64,000 nt of DNA from Antedon mediterranea (Eukaryota; Animalia; Echinodermata): contig NC_092675.1 of NCBI RefSeq assembly GCF_964355755.1, positions 2,599,812-2,663,811 on the forward strand, written 5' to 3'. Shown one piece after another: positions 36,727 through 48,000 of this stretch (positions are counted from its first letter, which is position 1; the number at the start of each line of letters is the position of its first letter). Below the pieces are notes generated by a model. It made no database searches. It was not told where the DNA came from and saw nothing but the letters and a program-made list of their open reading frames with translations. The translations under genes were made by a program, and so were the position numbers.

Positions 36727-39610
36727 GAAGGGTCCAATAACGTATTTACCAGTTCATACTTTTATTAAAAATATAAAATATTAACAACTATAACATTACA
36801 CAATGTGGGTGTTTAACCAATAAAAATGATTCTATTTAGAATACCGTATACATACATACCCTGTTGATGTTGGATCAAATTATGGAAATGAAATATGTTT
36901 TCTCATTACTATATTATATGCCAATAATTAAGAATGCAATTTTTTAGATAATATTTGCCAAATCTTGTTTTAAAAATTCATAGAGTTGGCCAAGTGTTAC
37001 CAAATATATTTCTTTTTTCACCTATTGAAAATCTCTCGAAGAATAAGTACTGTCATTGACTAGTAATATAATAAAAGCATAATAATGCGATTATTATATA
37101 CAGTGGGTACAGTGATGCTATAAACACGTGTATAATCAGTTGATACAAACTATATAATACCGGTAAATTTATTGTGTTATACTTATAGAACTAAATAAAA
37201 CTTTAGAATTTAAAATAGCACCTATATTAAGTAGCGAATTAAACTCATTATCTTTGTAAATAATATCACATATTATTCCGACTTTATACAGTAATGATTT
37301 GCATAATATTATTCAATATACTGTCCAATAAACAGCTTTAAAACTAAAAAAAACTCTCAATAGGCCTATTTTGTTTTTCCTGAGGGCAGTAGAATACTTT
37401 TCATAATAAATGTTTCGAAGAGATGACCTGGTTTCATAAGGATGGAGCTAAACATAGTAGTAGGCTACATTTCGTGGTTCGGGAATCCTCAATATTGATT
37501 TGAACCATCAAGGTTTGGTATGTTAATCCCATGCAACAAAAGAATATACATGATTAGGCTGCAGGCCTATATAACAACATGAGATCATAATATAATATGT
37601 ATCTATCACTATCAGTGCTTCATAACAATGTCATTGGACGATAATAAAAACAAGTTTACTATAATAATGGTCACTTCAGTCTAATTATTAATTAGTATAT
37701 TACTATGATATAACAATCAATAAACTTATACCTGATCCATACACCATATTCATATTAGTAATCACGTTTTGGCCTACTACTAACTTCAAAATGCTTCTGC
37801 TGAAACAACGCTCACGCAGCCTATTCAGTATTAAATGCTTCTCCTGATATGCAAATACGCCCGCGAATACCACAACAATAGCAATGCGATATATTGCGCC
37901 ACCAATAATATAACAAAAAAAAACCATACAGAAAATTTATCAAGCTCAAAATTAATAGTACTACCAAGAAATAGTTCTATTGCATTATTGCATAATCACA
38001 TAATAAAGTACTAAAACACTCTCACACGCACTAACTTTTTGGGGCGATTTTTATGTACGAAAATTCCTATAGGTGTAGGTATGAATTTCGTTAAAGTTAA
38101 TGGGTTGAGTCTAGCTGATATTATGCATATTCTACTGTTCGTCTCTACACTCAATAAGCAAATACCACGTTCTGTGTCACATCCTATGTGTTATTCCTAG
38201 AATTGTTTTAACTGCTGTATCATCAGTCATTATCAATAGTTGTATTGTACAGAATATATGTACGTGTTTCCTTGAACACGGTAGGCCTAAGTGATTAACT
38301 GCACCTTTTATATTAAATAAATTAATCAACCGATCAAACATATGTATGTATATGTACAACAGGTTTATGTCCAGAGACAATAAACTGAGAAAATAACAAT
38401 TGACTAAACTGCTAAAACCTATATTATCTGAACCCAGAGAAGAGTGAAATTGTCACAATGTTGGAGACTGACATCAGATATTTGGAAGCATTATAAAATT
38501 AATATTATTTAAATACGGTTACGTATGTAACTTTTGACATCATAATGGTAAACAAAAGAAGTTAGTTAAAATACGACAAATATTACGACGACGTAACAAA
38601 CATCCGATAGGAAACTTTTTACTTGAATCTACAATACAACAGCTTCCACAATAAGTTATAAATATGAATTTATTTGAGCTTAAATATTAAATTGTTACCA
38701 TATTAATTTATAATGCTTCAAATACAGTATCTTCTTCTTGCCTCTTCTAAGCAAGTAAGCCGTTTGACTGAATTGTTACTACTGTACTTTAGTCAATTCC
38801 AATCGGAAGAGGGTTCGCACATATTAAAGGGTTAAATTCAGATAATTAATATTTAGGTTTTAGACATGAAACAGCCCGCACCTTATTGTTTCTGGACATT
38901 AAACAGTACGAGAATCGCCTTTAACATGTACTTGTTTTACCACATTTATTTCATTGATTGATTGATTCAATAAAAAAGGTACAGTTAACCACAGTGTTCA
39001 AGGAAAAGGTTTTCCGTACAATTCAACTATTGATAAATTGATTGATATTAAATGATGATGTAGCATTCTAGGAATAAAACATAGGATGTGACACAGAACA
39101 TCGGTATCAAATACATCTTTGTATTATTATTGTATAATTATTGAGCGTATAAACTAATTATTTTACTATAGAATATAATGCATAATCAGGTTGTGACATT
39201 TGACCCTTCCTATCCCTTCCTAAGTTTTAGAGTTTCCGATTAAAACTACGTCGTCTCTATACTTGTTCAATAGTTGGAGCCGGATAATGTCTGTTTACTG
39301 AAAAATTCCAAAAGAACGGTTTACTTCAAAAATCGGTTTCGATGGCGTGTCTCCATTTTTTCAAACCGATCGGAATCAATTTAAGTTTTTAAACCGTATT
39401 TTAGACCTGTTTCTCATAAATATCGTTCTCATGTAAAAAAAATGAATGTAGGCCTATTCGAGTCCCGTATTCATTCGTTAAAATTTGGTTTCGGAAACAA
39501 AAATACGTCGGAAACATGTATGACGTAAGAATGAGAAGTTTTAGTGGGCGTCTATATTTTTGAGATTTCTACAAAGGGTATTGTTTCTCTCTTTCTCGAA
39601 ACACCAATGT

Positions 39611-39641
39611 GGCTGAGGTAGATTTCTACCAAATTCCGGAT
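39611..39641 (+). pseudogene. Tiny KCTD BTB remnant
   Basis: GGCTGAGGTAGATTTCTACCAAATTCCGGAT matches the AEADFYQIPD-coding DNA of copies 3 and 4. Confidence 0.6.
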
Positions 39642-40126
39642 CAGCTATATTACCACGAAACCTTCTCTAAGAAAACAGAATGTAGGAAAGTAGAACATGA
39701 CACATCAGTGATTTTAATCATTTAATATAATATCCAATGAGCTTATAGATTTCCCGATCTATAGGTGTATATAAGCTCATTCATATGTCTCATAAGTACA
39801 GTATCATCCAGTACAACCGCTAGGTAGGTAGATAATTTAATTTATGATTTCATTTTTGGATTACAATTTTTTATTTTTCTAGTTTAATGGAATTTAAACA
39901 AGTTATATTATTATTTATTATTTATTTATTTATTTTATTCAGTTGTCAACCAACAGCGATGAAACCGCCACTAACAGGTTGAATCTAAACATTGTTTTCG
40001 TTAGGGCCTACTGTTTTAAATGTTTGCGTATAATAGGCCTATAATAATTCGACTTGTGGACGAATGAAGTTATCTTATATCTTATTTTCTCTTAACTTAA
40101 TCACAATATTCATGTTTTCACCAGCC

Positions 40127-41101
40127 ATGGCCCCACCTTCTGCCACTGAAGTACTGCATCTAAATGTTGGTGGACATTTCTACACGGCAACTCGTGCAAC
40201 ATTAACTCGTTATCCAGACAGCATGCTATACTCAATGTTCAATAAGAAGGGCAAGACTGTCGTTCAACCACCACCCCAAGACGATAATAATCGATATTGT
40301 ATCGATGGAGACGGCCCAACATTTCGACACATTTTAAATTTCTTGCGGCTATCAAAACTCATACTTCCTAAAGATTTTAACGATTGGGATATGCTGACGG
40401 CTGAAGCGTTATTCTACGAAATTCCAAAGTTGATTCAACTTATTGTTGAAAAACGGGAAAAAGATTCTTCTGAATTGTTGAATCTAAATGTAGGTGGACA
40501 TTTCTACACAGCAAATCGTTCAACTTTAACTCGTTATCCCAAAAGTATGCTATACTCAATGTTCAGTAAGAAGGACAAGATCGCCGTCCAACCACCACCC
40601 CAAGACGATAATAATCGATATTATATCGATCGAGACGGTCCGACATTTCGATACGTTTTGAATTTCCTGCGTCAATCAAAACTCATCCTTCCTGATGGTT
40701 TTAAAGATTGGGATTTGCTGGCGGCTGAAGCAGAATTCTACAAAATTGAAGATTTGATTAAATGTATTGGCAAAAGAAGAAAAGCTAAAAAGAAATCCAT
40801 GTTGGAAGTTCAATATGTTTACACAGGTCAATCTGTTGAGAAAGATAAATTGAACTATCGGTGGAAAGTTACTGGCCAGGCTAAATTCCTTGACCAATTG
40901 TCTATAAAAGGTGATGATTCAAAAACGTCTATATCTTGGAAGAACAAAGAAAAAATATCGAGGGCACGTTTGTTTAAAGAGATATATGAAATCGGTTTTA
41001 CATTAATGTCAACAGTATCTACAAGCAGTTGTAATAAGAAATCTCGTGACCGCTTCGACGGCAAAGACAGATGGATATTTATAAAAGACGACAGTAACTA
41101 A
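40127..41101 (+). CDS. KCTD-like protein copy 5: two tandem T1-BTB domains plus C-terminal domain (alternative in-frame ATG at 40112)
   Basis: Two LNVGGHFYTA units, then MLEVQYVYT...LFKEIYEIGFTL...GKDRWIFIKDDSN. Confidence 0.9.
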   Translation: MAPPSATEVLHLNVGGHFYTATRATLTRYPDSMLYSMFNKKGKTVVQPPPQDDNNRYCIDGDGPTFRHILNFLRLSKLILPKDFNDWDMLTAEALFYEIPKLIQLIVEKREKDSSELLNLNVGGHFYTANRSTLTRYPKSMLYSMFSKKDKIAVQPPPQDDNNRYYIDRDGPTFRYVLNFLRQSKLILPDGFKDWDLLAAEAEFYKIEDLIKCIGKRRKAKKKSMLEVQYVYTGQSVEKDKLNYRWKVTGQAKFLDQLSIKGDDSKTSISWKNKEKISRARLFKEIYEIGFTLMSTVSTSSCNKKSRDRFDGKDRWIFIKDDSN

Positions 41102-42098
41102 GAAAGGTTCAATAACAATACATTTACAAGTTCATACTTTAATTTAAAAACATAAAATATTAACAACTATAACATTACAAAATGTGATGTAACCACTCAA
41201 AATAATTCTATTTAAAATAATACAAAATCAAGTTTTGCTCTAAAACAACTTATGTATTTACCAATGTGGCATTATGAATTAGATCATCATGTGTTCACAA
41301 AGAAGTTTTATTTTATATAACTTTATTATTATTATTATTATTTCAATTATTTCCATTATTATATTTGGATTCTATGAAAGTTATAATGACATAAAAACAT
41401 AATAATACTAATGTATGATTATTGTATAAAGTGGGCACAATGGTCAACAATTTAATTGATTCATATGAATTAATATATAATAGCTCTTATAATATACAGA
41501 CTACATTTATTGTGTTATACTAAATAGAACTTATTCAAAAATAGCACCTACCGTATATTACGTAGCGAATTAAACTAATTATCTTTGTAAATAATCACAA
41601 AATATTCATTCAGACATTAATCAATTGATTTGCATTATATTATATTAATTTTCACTTTGTGTGTAATTGTATAGTTGTACTTTCCAATAAACAGCGTTCA
41701 AACTAAACAACTCTCTGCAACATCAATATTTTGTTTTTCTATAGTGATGATGTTTTGAGTTACATGCGAGGTGCACTTTTCTTTCCAAATCCCCTTTTTG
41801 ATGTATCCCCAAATATTTACCCCTTTTACTGTGCCAGCGGAGTAGTGGAATTGCATAACACTGGTCAATCATAACCAGGACAAAGAAATGAGGATCTATT
41901 TTTAAAACTTTATCCACATAAAAAAAATGATGCAAAGTGATTTATCTCAAATTTGTTCATTACAAATTATTCTTGTTTGGCAAAAATAATAATTCACCTT
42001 GTTAATGACAATTTCTGAGAATTTAAAGGACAACTTTACCGAGAACCATATTTTGACAAAAGCATCCCTACAGTAGAAAATGGTTTAGACAGCACAAT

Positions 42099-45000
42099 TC
42101 ATATAATATCTCTTAGATATGAACCACCATCTCCTTTTAACATGTCCATTGCTATGTCTTGAAAGTTGAGTTCTGTTGCCATGTCATAGGCTGTTTTCAA
42201 ATCTCTGCAATAGCCTACTAATCGTTTCATATTCTCTCTCATTTCTGGTGTTTTTTCCTGGTCATGTTTATACCTTCAAAATACAAATACAATTTATTGA
42301 GAACTAAAGAAACACCTGTTTTACACATTATTATTTTTTTATTTAAAAGAAAACTATAAAAAATGTATTATACATTAATAATAAAAATATTTGATATTAT
42401 ATGGAGCTCGAATTTTGACAGCGAAGCACAACAATTATAGTCTACAACTTAAAATTTATTTTACAAAAAGTAATGCAATAGTACCTTCAATAGTACCTAA
42501 TGCAATAGTACCTTCAATAGTACCTAATGCAATAGTACCTTCAATAGTACCTAATGCAATAGTACTTTCAATAGTACCTAATGCAATAGTACCTAATACA
42601 ATAGTACCTAATGCAATAGTACCTTCAATAGTACCTAATGCAATAGTACCTTCAATAGTACCTAATGCAATAGTACCTTCAATAGTATCTAATGCAATAG
42701 TACCTTCAATAGTACCTAATGCAATAGTACCTTCAATAGTACCTAATGCAATAGTACCTTCAATAGTACCTAATGCAATAGTACCTTCAATTGTTGAAAT
42801 AATACACAGCATAAGATACAAAATCAACTGGCAGTAATTAGATGTTATAACATCTATTATAACACATGATATTTAATAACTACTCCATTGACTTATATAG
42901 CCATTGTATTTCGTTATATTTACGTTCATTCTTGTTACACAATGAGCAGCCATGCGCGACAAAAGACTAGGCTGTTAACGGATGGCGTTCGGAAATCAAG
43001 TTGCGGTGTGCGCTGTCTATGATTCATACATTTATAAAGAAATATACAATCAAAATAGTTTCTCTGTTGGTTAAGAGTTGGTGACTAAACTTTCACAATA
43101 CTCCCTAAAAAAAAAACCTTCCCAAAACTGGAATGTTATTACAATTTAAAAGGTCACAAATACTCCCTGTATTGAAATTAAATTTCGGGAAATCCAGAAA
43201 TTATGGGCCAGACCAACAATGTTGGAAAGTTGATTTGGTGGCTGTACTGAAGAAGACTCAAATTAATTCGATACGCTAGAACGTTCTGATATTTTATTTT
43301 CGAATTTTTTCGTTTCCAACCACGCTGTCAGTTCTTAATTGTTTCTTGTTTTTCTTATTATTTCTATGGCACGCCAAAACGGCCTTTTGCATACTACAAA
43401 TAAAGCACCCTCAATATTCCTTTTTTGCTTTTCAGAACAGTGGCTTTACAGTATGATTTTGTAAATAGGGAGAGTGTCAAAAGGTGGGAGTGTGTGCCTC
43501 TCAGCATACTAACCTTGATGACATGTCAGTAAAATGTGATTCTTCCAGCCTTAAGCTTCGTTTAAAATCATCTAGAAATACAAAGTTTCCTTGCTGGATT
43601 ACATTATAGTATAGAGCATTAGACCACTTAACATGTTGGTCAGAGTATGCGCTTGCTACCAGCAGTGCCTACAAAGACGAAACAAAAGCGAAACAAATAA
43701 AGTCTACAGATTGTTATGTTGCTCCAGCCTGACTGATCCAAAATCTTAATGCATCATGTAATTGGTGATGTAATTGGTGATGTAATTGGTGATGTAATTG
43801 GTGATATAATTGGTGATGTAATTGGTAATGTAATTGTATGTGATCTGTAATAAACTAAAGAAATCATTAAATCTTAAAAACGTAAGTAAAAAGCAAAAGA
43901 TAAAAACAATATGTTATATATGCAGTGTTTTAACTTTAAGAAAGTGGGAAAGAGTGGGAAAAAAATTACATTACTGTACCTCATGAAACTTTCCATGTTT
44001 AGTTATAAACTTGTGAAATTCATTTGAGTCGAGGTTGATAACACGTGTATTCGTGGAAAGTAAGTGGAGTTGTAGCGCCACCAATCTAGCCTGACATGTG
44101 CAGTACTCAGCATGACGTAAACAGTTCTCCTGTAAACATATAGGATAAAATATTCTGAAAACTATTCCTTTATTATAAATGGGGTTTTGAAATGACCGGA
44201 ATTGTACTGTGATGGTTTTAAACTGCATTTGAAATCTGCCCTCATTTGAGGCTTAGGGAGTGGAGATGTCATAAGTTACAACCCTGGCACTAGGTCAGGA
44301 TTGAACCCTGGCACTAGGTCAGGATTGAACCCTTGACTTCGGAAGGCAAGCACGTTAACCACCAAGCTACAGCTCAACTTTGCTAGTATACTAAAGGTAA
44401 AGCCTACCTTGGCATAATTTTGAGCTGCTTCCGTTAATCCTTGCAAAATCTCTTGCAAACAATTTTGAAGTTCAATGTTAGTCTCTAAAATCAACAAACA
44501 AAAACAATATCACAGTCACAAAGGTTGCTGAATTCGAAGGGTGGAAGGAGGGTCAAAGCCCCTTTTCAACGCTTTATACTAAACACTAGGTGGAGAATTC
44601 TTGTGAAGCTAATGAAGCTAATGATAATGCAGTCAGAGAGATGACATGTTTTAATAATGCTTTCCAATAAGAAGGCATCTTATACAGTTGTGTGGTCACT
44701 TTTTCATGATACACATAATGCACTGTCTACAACTGTCTGAACATTACATGTACATACCCATTGCTCTGTCAGCCAGTGCTTTCAGACTCTTCATAGCATC
44801 TTTTTCTAGCATCTCTCCAATTTCCCGGTGCATTCTAAACTTGAACGATACCATATTGTATGTCTCTGGATCAGGAGGTTTACATCGTTTTAGATAATCA
44901 AGCAAGGCGATTTTTAGTTTTCCATCCTAAATAATTAAAGTATTTATTATAAGGCAATACTTGAATGACATCACTCCAAATACATATGTCTCATTTTCTT

Positions 45001-48000
45001 GTGCTATTATATAATATATATATATATATGTAACACGCCGAGAGTGTTAAAGAGTCGCTATCCAATCGAGTTCGAACAATACCATGAAAGCCCCAGTGGT
45101 CTAATGGTTAGGACATCTGCATATCAAGCAGGCGGTCCGAGTTCGAGTCTCGGTTGGGGCGACTTTTTCTCATTCTCACAGATTTCCTCATCTTTATCGT
45201 TTCAAATTAATTAATTAAATTTCAGTATATCACCGGGCGGTTTAGAATTAATGTTCTTTGCCTGCTGTGTTTATATATATATGTTTTGGGTGTGTACAAG
45301 ACAAACTCTAAAAGTGAACCAAATTAGTGACTTCAGTAGTCGTTTTGTAGGCTGGAAGTACTGTATTTCTCTTGTGTATACAAGAGTTAATGAAGGGTGT
45401 GTTATAAAACAAATTCATTGCAACCTGTTCATGTCTTAGGCTAGACATTTGTTTCTACAAGCTGGTTGACATGAATTGAATTGGTACTCAGAAAAATGTA
45501 TGCTTTCTTTTTCTGAACGTCAGGTAGGCCTATATTAAAACTAATACGTAGTTGATTACTTTTGGTTTTAAATATTACATTCATAAGTAAAACATTGCAT
45601 CTATTGACTTGAATCACCTTTGATCCTATCTTGATAAGGTGTTCTAATTTCTTTGCTTTGTGCAGATATTCAAATGTGTACATCATCTCACTACAACGTC
45701 CAACTCCCATGATCAGGCGAATCTAGAAAAAAATATTTAAAATGTGAATATTAGCACAATACAATAATAATAAAATGAATAAAAAAGCCAACAGGCAGAG
45801 GTTGACAAGAACAGCGATTGGTAACTTTAAAAGGGCTACAGTAGCTTACTTCTTGATAGAAAATTCATAGTATTGAAAATTCTATACAAAGAAATATATT
45901 TTAGATAGATAAAGTTAAATATGATAGTTAAACACTGCTTAAGTGAGAAACATTATTTATCAAACCAGCTCTTTTGATCTTAAGGAATAAACTTTGTCAT
46001 CTAAGTTTTAACTTTTAAGAAAAAAACATTGCCCAAATATTTGCTTAGTTTAGTTTGAAAACTTAGTTTTGATGACTTTAATTCTTAAGCTCTGTCTACA
46101 CTATCAAACTTTATGTGACAACAAATGTGATGTGCTCATATATGGACAAGATGGATGTCATATCACTACCATATTTGGGCATATCACTACCATATTTGGG
46201 CACACTTTTTTGTCAAACTAGTTTGATAGTGTAGACAAAGCTTAAGCAAGATTGATAAAACTGTAGTGCAGGTTTACCATAAGTCTGTGCTCTTCAGCTT
46301 TGCCAAGCACCTGTGTACAATCCCTACACAGCCTAAGAACACTGGATATGCCTTCCATGTTACAGCAAATAGTGTGGCAGTCATGGGCTCGAATTATCAA
46401 TTCAACTTGAAGAGTGTGGGCTGAAACATTCAATGAAAATTATAAATAAATCATTCTGTATTGGTATCGCTTGTGTGCAAATTAAAACATACTACATAAT
46501 AGTAAAGATATCTTATCTTATTAGTAAAGATATCTTATCTTAATAGTAAAGATATCTTATCTTATAGCTACTGTACCTACTATATTAAAGCTTGTGTTCA
46601 ATATAATATCTTAAGCTCTATCTACACTATCAAACTAGTTTGACAAAACAAGTGTGGTGTGCCCAAATATGGTAGTGATTTGACATCATCAAGTCCCTAT
46701 AGTGTAGACAGAGCTTTACAATAAAAAATCAAGAGCTTTTCATTTCTAGTTCTATGATTGGTTTGAACTAACACTACACTTTACATTTGTACCATTTTTC
46801 TTTACAGTTAGGGGTGGATCGAGCATTATAGATTAGGGGTGGGGGGCTAAATATTTCATAAATGATAAAAACGATCTGTCAGGTTGCAGACAAAAAAAAG
46901 TCATTATTTTATTTTAAAAAGTTAAATTTCAGTGAGGGGGGAGTGACTAAATCCGCGCCGGGTTACCCCATAAGGATGGTATTTTTGGTAGAAGCAAGGT
47001 TGAAATTGTTACCAAGAGATAAAGGTGAAAGCAGAACAAGGCTAACTAGGCTTGTTGGAAGATTGGTTAATGACTTACCAATTTTAGAAGCTGATGGGTT
47101 ATCTAATAATGCCTTAGCTTCCTGAATAAGTCTGTTTCCAAGAGTAGCTGGGTTTTGACAAAGTTTTATAAACTTGGTTAACTCATCTTTATCTGATGGC
47201 TTTCTTGATAGTGGTACTTGTGAATCCAAAGCATGCCCTGAATTAAATAGTAATACCTCAGTGTAATACAACATTTGCAGCATGCTGTCAGCAAAGATCG
47301 GCCAAACAATACCCCTAAATATTACACTTGAAAGAACTAAACGCTTTATCGAAAATGATGGTGTCTTTAAGAACTGGTAGGCCATGTTTGAATTGCCAGT
47401 ATACATTAACCATTTTTCTAAGTCATTATTTCAATTAATTTACCTTGCTGTTGTTGTTCCGCCTTCAATGTCACCTGTTTGATAATCATATCTGCAAGGA
47501 AACTTGAGACCTATAAAAGTAAAAACCCACACTACAGGTAAATACAAATAAAAAATAATACAAACAGTGTTGGAATACACTCAGAATATATGAAAGTATA
47601 AACATATTACTAATATAAAAAAAGGCTTACATCAGCATCATTCATGCATGTAGTTTGTATAAACTCCTTAGCTGCTAAAAACTGCTGTGGCATGTTTGAC
47701 TGTAGTATGATTTTTAATGTTTCAATTGATGATTGTGTCACAATATCTTCATAGGTATAGTTTAAGATCTGTTAAGAAAAATAACAAAGGCTTGATTTCA
47801 TGATACTGTAAATTATTTATACTGTCTAATTAGAAGAATAATTCATATTTTCTGTTGGTGTGGTAGGTTAAAGGTTGGAGGTTAAAGGTTGGAGGTTAAA
47901 GGGGTGATGGTTGGGAAATTTATTTGCAACTCTGAGACTGTTTTCTTGTTCCTAAAGCTCTGTGTACACTATCAAACTTTATGTGTATCAGAAAAATGTG

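Noticed and set aside
26693-41101. Voltage-gated potassium channel genes
   Set aside because: T1-type BTB is present, but there are no transmembrane segments or GYG pore motif.
42391-42837. 148-aa (NAIVPSIVP)n ORF and its antisense (GTIEGTIAL)n ORF as a repeat or antifreeze-like protein
   Set aside because: A by-product of a 27-bp intronic minisatellite, with no credible start, splice sites or codon-position divergence.
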